DNA of 64,000 nt from Bacteroidota bacterium (GTDB lineage Bacteria; Bacteroidota; Bacteroidia; Bacteroidales; JACABE01): NCBI GenBank assembly GCA_037133555.1, contig JBAXNW010000006.1, positions 5,129 through 69,128 on the forward strand. Reading direction: 5' to 3'. How positions within the stretch are numbered: position 1 is the first letter of the stretch; each line of letters starts with the position of its first letter. Below the pieces are notes generated by a model. It ran no database searches. It had not been told where the DNA came from and was given only the letters and a program-made list of their open reading frames with translations. The position numbers were made by a program, and so were the translations under genes. Shown here piece after piece: positions 17,188 through 26,835 of the stretch.

Positions 17188-19494
17188 TCAATTAACAAAG
17201 AGTATTTTGGTGGCCAGTGTCTCAGTACCATCGCTATTGGTGCAAAAAACGAGATATACTCCGGTTTGTGCCCGTTCACCCTTGAAGTTTTTGCCGTTCC
17301 AGATGGCTTGTCCACCACTGGCAATCATATTATTCACAAGGTTCCCTGCTATATCGGTTATCTTAACGATGGCATCTCTCACTAAGCCCTTTATAGCAAT
17401 AATCCCATTGTAGCCAGGGCGTACCGGATTTGGATAGGCATAAACATCCTGAAAAACTGCTTCACCTTTAGTGGCAGTTCCTTTGAAAGAGATTAGCCCC
17501 ATGGAAGTACCAAAAAATACTTCTCCACTTTTAGAATCTATTGCAATGGAAACGATGGTATTCGAAAACAAAGGACTGTCGTTTTCGGTATAATGAGCCA
17601 ATTGTTGCGTTCCATCCGGCGAAAGCAAGAAAACACCTGCCTTTTGTGTTCCTACCCATTTACGGTTGGCACCATCAATGGCAATAGCTGTTACAGATTC
17701 AAACTCAAGCAAATGCTGTACATGCCCTTCGAACTCCACCAAAATAGTTTGTGCTGTAACGGTCGATTCGTAATTAGCATCTGTATTAAATATATTTTCG
17801 GGTGAATAAATTACTTTGATGCCTTTATCTGTCCCTATCCACATTTCACCTTCCAAATCTTCGGCAAAACAATGAATATAATTTGTTGCTAAATCGTTAC
17901 CTTTGTTAACATTAACCCAGGCTTTTTGAGTAGAATTTTGTGTTTTATTAAAAACAGCCAATCTGTTTTCACGAACCAACATCCATTTGTAGTTATTCCT
18001 GTCAATGCTTAGACTTAAAACATCATTATTTACAATGTTTTGAACATCAAAAGACTGCCATAATCCAGAATTATATTTTACCGCCAATGCATTGGCAGAA
18101 CCCGAGTTGGTTGCCCATAAATTTCCTGATTCGTCAAATTTAATACTTCCAATTCTCAATGTCCTCCAATTTCCTAAAATAATTGGACGTAAACTGTTGT
18201 TGGTATTGGTTTCATTGTAAATATTAGAAATCTTATCGCCTGTAAGCTCGACGATACCAGCACTCCATGAGGCTGCATAAACTTTTGCATTGTCATTTGG
18301 ATCAACTGCAATATCTAAGATATCAAAAATTGAATCAAAGGCTGTAACATTGCTAGCATTATAATTGGTCCATTTTTCATCATAAAATTGATGCAAACTT
18401 GCCGGGAAATAGGCATTCCCCCAGCTTCCAAAATCAATTCCACCAGGTGCAATCCAAACTCCTATTGGAGTTGAACTGAGGTTAAATACATTTTTAGTAA
18501 AAGGGCCATCCGGAATAATATAGGTTTTGATGTAAAAATTATCAGCACCTTTAATCAATCCTTTTACATTATCAGCTACCCAATAAAAATGATCTTTATC
18601 AGCAATTACCTGATTGGGATTTATAGAATAATAATTATCCTGAAATTGTAATAATTCATTGTGAATTGAAAAATATCCATAATGAGAGGTTATTAATTGA
18701 TTGTCATGAACAGAAAAGTGATATACAGTAGACGTATCGAATGAAACCCAATTTGTTCCATTGTATGCGAACAAAGTATCATTGTCAGAAGGGGCTCCTT
18801 TTTCTTTACAAACAATGACGTAATTTTTAAAAAAGGCAATATGTGTGTAATTCAAGTTGAAGCCTCTTATTGTGCTGTCCTTTTTCCAGTTATGATAGTC
18901 TGCTAAATTAGGATTTGTTGCCTTTGCTTTATAGATTCCCTCTGCAGTAGCTGTATAGATGGCAGTATCGTTGATAGCAATATCCCATACATTAATTTTA
19001 CTACCGTTATCTCCAATAATGTATGTGTCTTTTATTTCATTTTTTACAAGATCAACCACAACAATGCCAAATCCACAAGCTAAATAAGCATATTTACTGT
19101 TAGAGGTGATATTGTTAATCTTTTTATTGCCAGGGATTGATTTGTTTTTAATATCAGGAAGATTGACAATACCATTTGCTTTTATTAAATCAATATTCGC
19201 ATTTGTATAAGAAACAATAAGGGTTTTATAAATTTTATTATAATGAATAGCCGTAATACCAACATCAGACAGCCCATTTACTTTCGTAAGTTGCTGGATG
19301 CTATTGTCCGATTTATCGTAATAAAAAATGCTGTAAGGAGTAGCTGCATAAATACGATTTTCGGCTTCAGTTACAGCAATTACATTATTTTTAGGTAAAT
19401 GATTCCGCCATTGACCAATAGGAATTCCTTGACTAAAAGAAAAAATACTAAAAAAAAGAAAGATATTAAATAAAACAATAGTCTTAAATTTCAT
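17188..19494 (-). CDS. Double beta-propeller protein with T9SS C-terminal domain, PorZ-like
   Basis: Signal peptide MKFKTIVLFNIFLFFSIFSFSQG, starting from the internal ATG at 19494. About 700 aa of propeller-type repeats follow. The CTD reads YAYPNPVRPGYNGIIAIKGL...GVYLVFC...KILFVN. Size and architecture match PorZ. Confidence 0.6.
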   Translation of the reverse strand: MKFKTIVLFNIFLFFSIFSFSQGIPIGQWRNHLPKNNVIAVTEAENRIYAATPYSIFYYDKSDNSIQQLTKVNGLSDVGITAIHYNKIYKTLIVSYTNANIDLIKANGIVNLPDIKNKSIPGNKKINNITSNSKYAYLACGFGIVVVDLVKNEIKDTYIIGDNGSKINVWDIAINDTAIYTATAEGIYKAKATNPNLADYHNWKKDSTIRGFNLNYTHIAFFKNYVIVCKEKGAPSDNDTLFAYNGTNWVSFDTSTVYHFSVHDNQLITSHYGYFSIHNELLQFQDNYYSINPNQVIADKDHFYWVADNVKGLIKGADNFYIKTYIIPDGPFTKNVFNLSSTPIGVWIAPGGIDFGSWGNAYFPASLHQFYDEKWTNYNASNVTAFDSIFDILDIAVDPNDNAKVYAASWSAGIVELTGDKISNIYNETNTNNSLRPIILGNWRTLRIGSIKFDESGNLWATNSGSANALAVKYNSGLWQSFDVQNIVNNDVLSLSIDRNNYKWMLVRENRLAVFNKTQNSTQKAWVNVNKGNDLATNYIHCFAEDLEGEMWIGTDKGIKVIYSPENIFNTDANYESTVTAQTILVEFEGHVQHLLEFESVTAIAIDGANRKWVGTQKAGVFLLSPDGTQQLAHYTENDSPLFSNTIVSIAIDSKSGEVFFGTSMGLISFKGTATKGEAVFQDVYAYPNPVRPGYNGIIAIKGLVRDAIVKITDIAGNLVNNMIASGGQAIWNGKNFKGERAQTGVYLVFCTNSDGTETLATKILFVN

Positions 19495-19523
19495 GCTTAT
19501 ATTTAAAATAATAAATAGTTGTG

Positions 19524-19531
19524 CAAAATTA
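19524..19531 (-). promoter_or_regulatory. -7 box (TAATTTTG on the minus strand) upstream of the PorZ-like gene
   Basis: The plus strand reads CAAAATTA, 30 nt upstream of the ATG at 19494. It lies inside the longer ORF-track call, which supports the shorter start. Confidence 0.45.
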
Positions 19532-19691
19532 TACATTTAAATAAACGTATTGTTTAAAAATTATTGTTCAACCCTTCTGATTTTGCTTTTTATTTTAAAG
19601 AAAGCAATTTGAGGAATTATTATTTTTTGACTTATTGTTTAAAATTAATCAATAATAGGAGATGCAACAAATATGTAAGGTAAAGATTTTA

Positions 19692-19699
19692 TATCTTTG
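19692..19699 (+). promoter_or_regulatory. -7 box TATCTTTG upstream of tRNA-Arg
   Basis: Matches TAnnTTTG, 10 nt before the tRNA 5' end. Confidence 0.5.
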
Positions 19700-19708
19700 C
19701 AGCAAAAT

Positions 19709-19782
19709 GGCTCCGTAGTTCAATTGGATAGAACGTCAGATTCCGGTTCTGATGGTTGGGGGTTCGAATCCCTTCGGAGTCA
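19709..19782 (+). tRNA. tRNA-Arg (anticodon CCG)
   Basis: Manual cloverleaf: acceptor GGCTCCG/CGGAGTC (one G-U pair), D arm GTTC-AATTGGATA-GAAC, anticodon arm TCAGA-TTCCGGT-TCTGA, T arm GGGGG-TTCGAAT-CCCTT. Confidence 0.88.
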
Positions 19783-19797
19783 CACTTTATAATATAT

Positions 19798-19835
19798 AAC
19801 GCTGTAAATTAAACATTTGCAGCGTTTTTGTTTTT
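19798..19835 (+). terminator. Rho-independent terminator after tRNA-Arg
   Basis: A 12-bp stem AACGCTGTAAAT/ATTTGCAGCGTT (one G-U pair) with a 5-nt loop, followed by TTTTTGTTTTT. Confidence 0.7.
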
Positions 19836-20076
19836 AATGGTACAATATAAGTCAACAAATAATTAAAGTGTAGAAAATTGAACTATTTTCAATATTTCCA
19901 TCAACCCGTCACTAAGCGAAGCGCAAGATACGAGATGTAACAGTTGTTTCAATAACAAAAATCCAAGAAAACAGGTATCAGTTTCATGAATTCAAAACAC
20001 CTTTGGATAAAATATCAACACTTAGGGATATCGCGATTTAGTAATTCGGTTTTTTCCTTTCCTGATTATTCATTTT

Positions 20077-23000
20077 TTACAAATTCAAACTATCATCCAC
20101 TACTTTCAGAAAGTTCAATACATCCAAAGGTTTTGTCAGATAATTTTGAGCGCCAGTTTTCAATAATTTTTCAATTTGATGAGGCATAGCATCTGCACTG
20201 ATGATCACAATAGGTATAGACTTTGTTCTTTCTTCATTTTGAAGCAGCCTCATCACTTCGCTGCCATGAATATCCGGCAAATTTAAATCCAGAAAAATTA
20301 GATCCGGTGTATTTTCAATAGCCAGATCAATAGCAGTTTTCCCGAACATAGTAGTTATAAACTGAATATTTGAACGTTGTGAAGCCAAAATCTGCTCCAC
20401 CAATTCAATGTTTGAAAAATTATCTTCAACATAGAGTATACACTGCATTTTACTGTTTTTCAGTGGATTTGTATAGTTTATTCTATTTATATCTCCGGCA
20501 GTTTCCTGTTGACTTTCGCAGAGGGGAAGATCAATCCAGAAACAACTCCCCTTCCCGACTTCACTTTCTATTCCGACGATGCCGTTCATAGCATCCATCA
20601 GCTTTTTAACAACAGCCAGTCCCAATCCGCTTCCTTCTATTTCTGTATTTTCGGCGCCAATTCTTTCAAAAGGCTTGAATAATTTGGGAATATCCATGGG
20701 AGAAATTCCAAAACCAGTATCCGTAATTGCAATCCTGACCATTGGTTTTTCTGATACGATGACAGCATTTTTTATAACCGCAATATCTATAGAACCATCC
20801 ATCCTATTGTACTTAACGGCATTGTTCAGCAAATTGAGCAATACCTGTACCAAACGTTGAGCATCCGATTTCACAAACAACTGATCATCCGGAAAATCAA
20901 TAAGATTTATTTTTATTTTTTTCACATTGGCAAGTGGTTGAATAATGTCGCATATATCACGAATAATTCCAGATAACTGCACAGGTTCGAGCGAAATTGA
21001 GAATGCCCCTGATTCAATCCGTGAAATATCCAGGACCTCATTGATTAATTTAAGCAGGTGTTTTCCACTACTTAGTATGTGGTTAACCCCTTTCTTTTGA
21101 GCAGGAAGCAACTCGCTCATATTAAGTAGTTGAGAAAAGCCCAGTATCGAATTCATAGGAGTACGCAATTCGTGGCTCATACGCGACAAAAATTCGCTCT
21201 TTGCAAGATTTGCTTTTTCTGCTTCATTTCTTGCTTTGGTGATTTCTATTTCGGCATGTTTGTTTACTGTAATATCACGAAAAGACCATATCCTGCCGTA
21301 TGATTTCCCATCCGCCCCTATGACCGGAGCCGAATAACGGTCCAATATCATTCCGCTTTTAAGTTCAATCTCATCGCGACTGGTTTCGTTTTGGTGATTA
21401 TACAAATACATTACTTTTTCCAGAAATTTTTCAGGATATCTGGTCAGACCAACGACGTGTTCCAGAAGCAAAGCATCATTCTCATTATCAACTATATATT
21501 GAGGCACATTGAATATTTCAATCATACGGCGATTGAGCAAAAGACGTTGCTGATTATCAGCCACAACCAGTATTCCGTCAAGGGTCGCATTCTTTTGTGC
21601 TTCCAGCATTGCCATTTTTGACTGCAGAGCTTCCTCTGCCTGTTTACGTTTTGTAATATCTACCATTACCGTCAATAAGCATAAATCCTTACCCACGTAA
21701 ATTAATTCAGCTGAAAACAAACCAGTAATCTTTGCACCTGATTTTGTATTTGCATCGATTTCGATTTCTCTGATGGCTTGGTGCTTTTTTAATTTTTCTG
21801 TAATAGAATTTCTCACTTCTTTGTCCGAAAAAAGATTCAGATCTTTGGCAGTTTTACCAATAATCTCCTCCCGGCTATATTCTAAAGTTGTCATGAAAAC
21901 ATCATTCACATCAATAAAAACGCCATCCTCAAATCCGGATATAGCCATGAGGGCAGAATTGGAGTGAAAGGCTTTAGAGAATTTTTCCTCGGATAATTTT
22001 ATTTTGGAAACATCTTTACTTACACCAAAAATCACTGGTTTTCCATCCCAGAAGCCAGGTTTCACTCTCGTTTCAACGGGTATGTATTCATTGGATTTTG
22101 TAATCAATGGCACCGGACAAAAATCTGCAGTACCAGCCAACATTTCACCTACTATCCTGCCTGCTTCTTCTCTGCGTTCGGCAGGATGAACCATAAGGAC
22201 TGACTGATGTAATAATTCTTCTTTTGAATATGCAAGTCGATGATTTACAGTATTATTAGTATGTATTATATTTCCCTCTTCGTCCAGTACAAATAAAAAA
22301 TCATCGATGGTATTGAAAAAAGTTTCATAATTCTGTCGGGTTTGAACCAATATGGTTTCTGCCATTTTCTGTTCAGTAATATCCCAGTTAGTACCTACCA
22401 GTTTCAATGCCTTTCCGGCACTGTCGCGTTCAACAATAGCAAGGGCTCTGATATTCCGAATGTTTCCATCGGGCCATACCACCCTAAACTCCATATCAAA
22501 TTCTTTTTCGCCCAATATGGCCATTTGGATGGCTTTATTGCCTTTTTTCACATCGTCAGTATGTACTCCTTTCAGCCATGTTTCGTAAGCTCCGACAAAA
22601 TTCTCTTTCTGCATCCTGTAGAGTGCAAACATCTGATCGTCCCACACAAGAATATTGTTAACTATATCCAGGTCCCATACGCCCACACCTCCGGCTCGTG
22701 TAGCCAGTGTTAAGCGGGTAGATAATTTTTTCAACTCATTCTCGGCCTGCCTACGTTCTGTAATATCAATAAAAGTAACCACAGCACCTTCTATTTTCCC
22801 TTTATATAGAACTGGATAAGACCAATATTCAGCTGGAAAACAACTCCCATCAGCCCGCCATAAAACCTCATCGTCCACATGTGTACCTTCACCCTTGATA
22901 AATGCATTAAAAATCCTGCAGTCATTTACATCAAAACTGCTTTTATCATCATGAGTATGGTGAATCAACTCATGCATGTTTTTACCCAGTAATTGTCCTG

Positions 23001-24216
23001 CATTTTCATACCCTAAGAGCTGATGACAGGCTGTATTTGAAAAACTGCAATTCCCTTTCATATCCAATCCGTATATAGCTTCTGCTGTGGAATTGATTAA
23101 AACCTTGAAACGTTCTTCACTTTCTTTCAAGTTAGCCGTTAATTGCTGGGCAATTTCCTCTGCCTTTTGTCGGGTGTTAAATAAGGAAAGAGATAGAAAA
23201 AACAATAACAAACTGATTATGATACCGCTTATAAATACAAAAATAACTTGGTCGTAGGCAGTAAAAAACTGAGGCTGCTGTTTTGTGAAAAACAATATCC
23301 ATTTTTTCCCGTTAAAATCAACCGTTCTGCTGATTATATGATTAGTTGCATCTTTGTGACTGAGCGAGTCCTTTTCCTGGGTATCTAATAATATTGAATT
23401 CGCAGTAATGCTATCATCATAAATCTGTAGATGTATTCTTTTCTCCGATTTAGTATCCCAACGACCTAATATACCCTTCATTAAATCGTTCATGCGATAA
23501 GGACTATAAACCCAGCCTTTGATAGCTATCCTGCGTTCTTCTGCAGTATTTACAGGTAAGCCTGATCTATATACAGGAACATACATCAAAGTACCAATCT
23601 GAACATCTTTGTTGGTTTCCTGCACCAGAATTACTTTACCACTTAACATGGCAATATCCTCGTCCCTTGAAATCTCCATGGCTTTTCTCCGGATAGGCTC
23701 CGAAAACATATCGTAACCGAAAGCCCTTAAATTGCGACCGGAAAATGGTTCCAGATATATAATAGAGGTATATACATCTCTTTCACCGGCAGGTTTTACA
23801 GTATAAGCAGGAAATCCAAGCTTACGCATAGTCTGGATATGCTGTTGCAATTGATTTTTTGGAATTACTACTGCATAACCGATTCCTTGAATCCCGGGCA
23901 AATTCTTTTCAATTTTTGAACGTTCATTGTATATTTTCCAGACTTTGCTATTTATTGAGTCTGAAGCAGCAAAAAAAGCAGAACCTGACTGCAAAAGTTG
24001 AGCATGGGCATGCAGACGGGTAGTAACTTTAATTTCTATTTCGTTACAAACCGAAGCAAACTCCTTATTCGCCATTTCTTCAACAATCTGATAATTGTAA
24101 ACGGCAACAATAACCGTCAGCAAAACACCACTTACGAGAATTGCGATGGCTTTCCATCTGTTTTTAGAAGAAATTTCAGAAAAAGAAATAAGATATTTAA
24201 AATTAGCTAAGTTCAT
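20077..24216 (-). CDS. Hybrid sensor histidine kinase: CHASE - TM - multiple PAS - HisKA - HATPase_c - receiver
   Basis: 1379-aa ORF. The periplasmic segment between two TM helices has CHASE-like motifs (LPGIQGIGY, IIYLEPFSGRNLRAFGYDMFSEPIRR). About five PAS repeats follow, then H-box SHELRTPMNSILGF, a G-box GSGLGLAVV, and a C-terminal REC domain (ILYVEDN...FLDLNLPD...K). Confidence 0.9.
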   Translation of the reverse strand: MNLANFKYLISFSEISSKNRWKAIAILVSGVLLTVIVAVYNYQIVEEMANKEFASVCNEIEIKVTTRLHAHAQLLQSGSAFFAASDSINSKVWKIYNERSKIEKNLPGIQGIGYAVVIPKNQLQQHIQTMRKLGFPAYTVKPAGERDVYTSIIYLEPFSGRNLRAFGYDMFSEPIRRKAMEISRDEDIAMLSGKVILVQETNKDVQIGTLMYVPVYRSGLPVNTAEERRIAIKGWVYSPYRMNDLMKGILGRWDTKSEKRIHLQIYDDSITANSILLDTQEKDSLSHKDATNHIISRTVDFNGKKWILFFTKQQPQFFTAYDQVIFVFISGIIISLLLFFLSLSLFNTRQKAEEIAQQLTANLKESEERFKVLINSTAEAIYGLDMKGNCSFSNTACHQLLGYENAGQLLGKNMHELIHHTHDDKSSFDVNDCRIFNAFIKGEGTHVDDEVLWRADGSCFPAEYWSYPVLYKGKIEGAVVTFIDITERRQAENELKKLSTRLTLATRAGGVGVWDLDIVNNILVWDDQMFALYRMQKENFVGAYETWLKGVHTDDVKKGNKAIQMAILGEKEFDMEFRVVWPDGNIRNIRALAIVERDSAGKALKLVGTNWDITEQKMAETILVQTRQNYETFFNTIDDFLFVLDEEGNIIHTNNTVNHRLAYSKEELLHQSVLMVHPAERREEAGRIVGEMLAGTADFCPVPLITKSNEYIPVETRVKPGFWDGKPVIFGVSKDVSKIKLSEEKFSKAFHSNSALMAISGFEDGVFIDVNDVFMTTLEYSREEIIGKTAKDLNLFSDKEVRNSITEKLKKHQAIREIEIDANTKSGAKITGLFSAELIYVGKDLCLLTVMVDITKRKQAEEALQSKMAMLEAQKNATLDGILVVADNQQRLLLNRRMIEIFNVPQYIVDNENDALLLEHVVGLTRYPEKFLEKVMYLYNHQNETSRDEIELKSGMILDRYSAPVIGADGKSYGRIWSFRDITVNKHAEIEITKARNEAEKANLAKSEFLSRMSHELRTPMNSILGFSQLLNMSELLPAQKKGVNHILSSGKHLLKLINEVLDISRIESGAFSISLEPVQLSGIIRDICDIIQPLANVKKIKINLIDFPDDQLFVKSDAQRLVQVLLNLLNNAVKYNRMDGSIDIAVIKNAVIVSEKPMVRIAITDTGFGISPMDIPKLFKPFERIGAENTEIEGSGLGLAVVKKLMDAMNGIVGIESEVGKGSCFWIDLPLCESQQETAGDINRINYTNPLKNSKMQCILYVEDNFSNIELVEQILASQRSNIQFITTMFGKTAIDLAIENTPDLIFLDLNLPDIHGSEVMRLLQNEERTKSIPIVIISADAMPHQIEKLLKTGAQNYLTKPLDVLNFLKVVDDSLNL

Positions 24217-24581
24217 AACAATAATGTTTTAGATATATCTCTTGAATATTTAAGCCTTAATTTTACAGTTGTTTATTGTTTTAAAACTAATTATAAAATG
24301 ATTGTAAAAATTAAAAAAATATTACCTACAAATTTAAGAAATATTATTAATTCGGATGATGTATAAATGAAATAAACTATATACTAAAAATGCGATGTTA
24401 AATTTCCCATTAAATATGTGATTTTTTTAAATACATTTTGCTTCTTTCCAATCTTTTTGCTTAATTTTGATGCCTAAAGAAATAAACTTTGCTTTACAAT
24501 CTTTAATAATCCGCAAATAAAAAGGGATTTCATCAATCGCATCCTTCTTTTTTTCTATAAAATGACGATGATGGTTGCCAT

Positions 24582-24589
24582 TAATTTTG
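24582..24589 (+). promoter_or_regulatory. -7 box TAATTTTG upstream of the MerR-family gene
   Basis: Matches TAnnTTTG, 19 nt before the ATG at 24608. A second identical TTAATTTTGAT 11-mer lies at 24461-24471. Confidence 0.45.
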
Positions 24590-24607
24590 ATATTAAGTAT
24601 TTATACT

Positions 24608-24946
24608 ATGCCAGTTAAAACAAATCAGGTCATTGAAAAAATTTATTTTTCTATAAGCGAAGTGGCTGTCATGTTCAATGTAAATACTTCGTTGATACGT
24701 TTTTGGGAAAAAGAGTTTGATATTATCCAACCTCACAAAAACAAAAAAGGCACCCGCTATTTTACAAAAGAGGATATTGATAATTTTCACCTTATTTTTC
24801 ACTTGGTAAAAGAACGTGGATTTACTTTACAAGGTGCAAAAGATAAATTGAATGAAAATAAAACGGAAACAGTCGATCAGCACGAGATTGTGAAATCGCT
24901 CGAAAAAATCCAACGTTTTTTGATTGAGATCAAAGAAAGTATGTAA
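24608..24946 (+). CDS. MerR-family transcriptional regulator (small, HTH only)
   Basis: 112 aa from the ATG at 24608; the ORF-track start at 24575 is TTG. YFSISEVAVMFNVNTSLIRFWEKEFDII...GTRYFTKEDID is a MerR-type HTH. Confidence 0.8.
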   Translation: MPVKTNQVIEKIYFSISEVAVMFNVNTSLIRFWEKEFDIIQPHKNKKGTRYFTKEDIDNFHLIFHLVKERGFTLQGAKDKLNENKTETVDQHEIVKSLEKIQRFLIEIKESM

Positions 24947-24977
24947 CTAATCCTTTATCAATCATTCATTAAATAAT

Positions 24978-26615
24978 TTATATTGCTTCCAGCGATGTAA
25001 ATTCAAAAGAATTCCCATTAAATAATCCTTTGTCGCTTAATTTTAATTCAGGGATGACCAATAAAGCCATAAAAGACAATGTCATAAAAGGAGCATTCAG
25101 CACAGTCCCAAATTCTTTGGTTTTTTGATTGATAAAATCATAGCTGGCTGCTACTTCAAAGCCATCCTCTGCTGACATCAGGCCGGCAACAGCAAGAGGC
25201 AAGTGATAGTTTTCGGATGCATTCACCAGCGAAATGCCACCTGTAGATTGTATCAGCAGATTGATAGCAGATACAATGTCTTCGTCGTTGGTACCAACAG
25301 CAATAATATTATGGCTGTCGTGAGCAACGGTAGAAGCCAAAGCTCCTTTCTTTAATTGGAATCCTTTTATAAAAGCAACTGCTGGTTTGGTCTCTTGATA
25401 ACGATTCAATACTACAATTTTCAGCACATCCTTTGCGACATCGCTGACAATGAAATTATTTTCCACTTTAGGTGCTACTATCAAGCATTCTGTAATTAAT
25501 TGCCCTTCAAATGCTTTTATCACTTTGATGTCTGCACCTTTGAAGACAAGTTTTAAATCGTCAACTTTTATTGGATTTGCTTTAAAAATATTGGGGGTGG
25601 TTTCTTTTACTGATTTTAATAAAGAGATCCCATTTTCAGCTACTTTAATACCATCGATATAGGTTTTCTGAACATTAAAGTCTTGTAAATTATCAATGAT
25701 AATAAAGTCAGCTGCATCATTTAGTTGCAGTAATCCAACATGAAGTTGATAGTGTTTCGCGGGTGCAAAAGTGCAGGCTCTTAAAACGGAAATAGGGTCG
25801 TAGCCTCTTTTAATGGCGCGTTTAGCAAGTTGATTGATGTGTCCTTTTACCAAATCGTTGGGGTGTTTATCGTCAGAACAAAACATCACGAAATCAGGAT
25901 GCGTATTGAGCAAATCTACCAAAGCATCAAAATTCTTTGCAGCACTGCCTTCGCGAATCTGAACCATCATTCCGCTATTGATTTTATCAATGGCTTCGGC
26001 AATGGTAAAACATTCATGATCGGTTGTAATACCGGCTGCTACATATTTGGCAGCATCTTCACCTTTTAAACCTGGGGCATGACCATCCACCGGTTTATTG
26101 TATTTTCTGGCAACAGCCAGTTTCTGCATTACTTCTTTATCCTGATATAATACACCGGGAAAGTTCATCATTTCGGATAAATACTTGACTTCGGGTTTGG
26201 CCATCAGTTCTTCAATTTCAGCAATACCGATAGAAGCACCAGAAGTTTCAAAAGGAGTTGCCGGGACACAGCTTGGTGCCCCAAAATAAAATTTGAAAGG
26301 AACTTTATTGCCGTTCGCTATCATATAATTTACCCCTTCTATCCCAAGAACATTGCCAATTTCGTGAGGGTCAGAAACTGATGCAACCGTTCCATGCACC
26401 ACTGCCAAACGTGCAAATTCAGAGGGAATAATCATGGAACTTTCGATATGGACATGGGCATCAATTAATCCAGGAAGTATGTATTGCGTTTCACTCACAT
26501 TTTCTTCTTTAATAGCGATAATTTTGGTGTTTTCTATAGTTATGGTTCCTTGGTAAATTCTCTTATTTACAACATCTACTATATTTCCTGAAATTTTATA
26601 GTTGTGAATTGACAT
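24978..26615 (-). CDS. ade: Adenine deaminase
   Basis: 545-aa amidohydrolase with LPGLIDAHVHIESSM and adenine-deaminase-type length and C-terminal domain. Confidence 0.88.
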   Translation of the reverse strand: MSIHNYKISGNIVDVVNKRIYQGTITIENTKIIAIKEENVSETQYILPGLIDAHVHIESSMIIPSEFARLAVVHGTVASVSDPHEIGNVLGIEGVNYMIANGNKVPFKFYFGAPSCVPATPFETSGASIGIAEIEELMAKPEVKYLSEMMNFPGVLYQDKEVMQKLAVARKYNKPVDGHAPGLKGEDAAKYVAAGITTDHECFTIAEAIDKINSGMMVQIREGSAAKNFDALVDLLNTHPDFVMFCSDDKHPNDLVKGHINQLAKRAIKRGYDPISVLRACTFAPAKHYQLHVGLLQLNDAADFIIIDNLQDFNVQKTYIDGIKVAENGISLLKSVKETTPNIFKANPIKVDDLKLVFKGADIKVIKAFEGQLITECLIVAPKVENNFIVSDVAKDVLKIVVLNRYQETKPAVAFIKGFQLKKGALASTVAHDSHNIIAVGTNDEDIVSAINLLIQSTGGISLVNASENYHLPLAVAGLMSAEDGFEVAASYDFINQKTKEFGTVLNAPFMTLSFMALLVIPELKLSDKGLFNGNSFEFTSLEAI

Positions 26616-26620
26616 TTTTT

Positions 26621-26690
26621 GGGTTTTAGGTTGATAGATTTAGGCGTTTAGGTTGATAGACTTTAGGTGTTTAGATGCTAGGTTTTAAGT
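26621..26690. repeat. TTTAGG-type stutter array (about three ~22-bp units: TTTAGGTTGATAGATTTAGGCG / TTTAGGTTGATAGACTTTAGGTG / TTTAGATGCTAGGTTTTAAG)
   Basis: Read directly from the sequence. TTTAGGTTGATAGA is repeated at 26625 and 26647. Confidence 0.8.
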
Positions 26691-26803
26691 TTCAGCTAGT
26701 TTGTTTGAATTGCAAAGAATAAGTTAAAATTGAAATAAAAATAGGCAAAACTGATTCGTAAGATTTTAAACCGAATAAAATCAAACTTTATGGTTTTTCT
26801 CTA

Positions 26804-26832
26804 AAAACCTAAAACCTAATAACCTAATCTCC
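26804..26832. repeat. Inverted partner array AAAAACCTAAAACCTAATAACCTAATCTCC (complement GGAGATTAGGTTATTAGGTTTTAGGTTTTT)
   Basis: It lies in opposite orientation to the 26621-26690 array and ends 3 nt from the mtnP stop codon. It contains AACCTAATAACC, the reverse complement of GGTTATTAGGTT at 40574-40585. Confidence 0.8.
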
Positions 26833-26835
26833 AAC

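Noticed and set aside
19709-20076. tRNA-Arg as an integration site for a mobile element.
   Set aside because: No integrase is present. I found no direct repeat of the tRNA 3' end downstream, and the next gene is an ordinary sensor kinase. The 294-nt gap contains only a terminator and AT-rich sequence.
24300-24368. 22-codon ORF (MIVKIKKILPTNLRNIINSDDV) in the kinase/MerR spacer.
   Set aside because: It is a short AT-rich ORF with no promoter box at suitable spacing. Conservation cannot be assessed, and it is indistinguishable from chance.
26804-26832. Telomere-like TTAGG repeats.
   Set aside because: The resemblance to eukaryotic TTAGG(G) telomere units is short, irregular, and embedded between bacterial genes. 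I treat it as coincidental low-complexity sequence.
26616-26835. Purine riboswitch or CRISPR-like array upstream of adenine deaminase.
   Set aside because: There is no three-way-junction purine aptamer sequence. The tandem units are about 22 bp with no unique spacers, and no cas genes are present, so this is not a CRISPR array. It is kept as a stutter-repeat finding instead.
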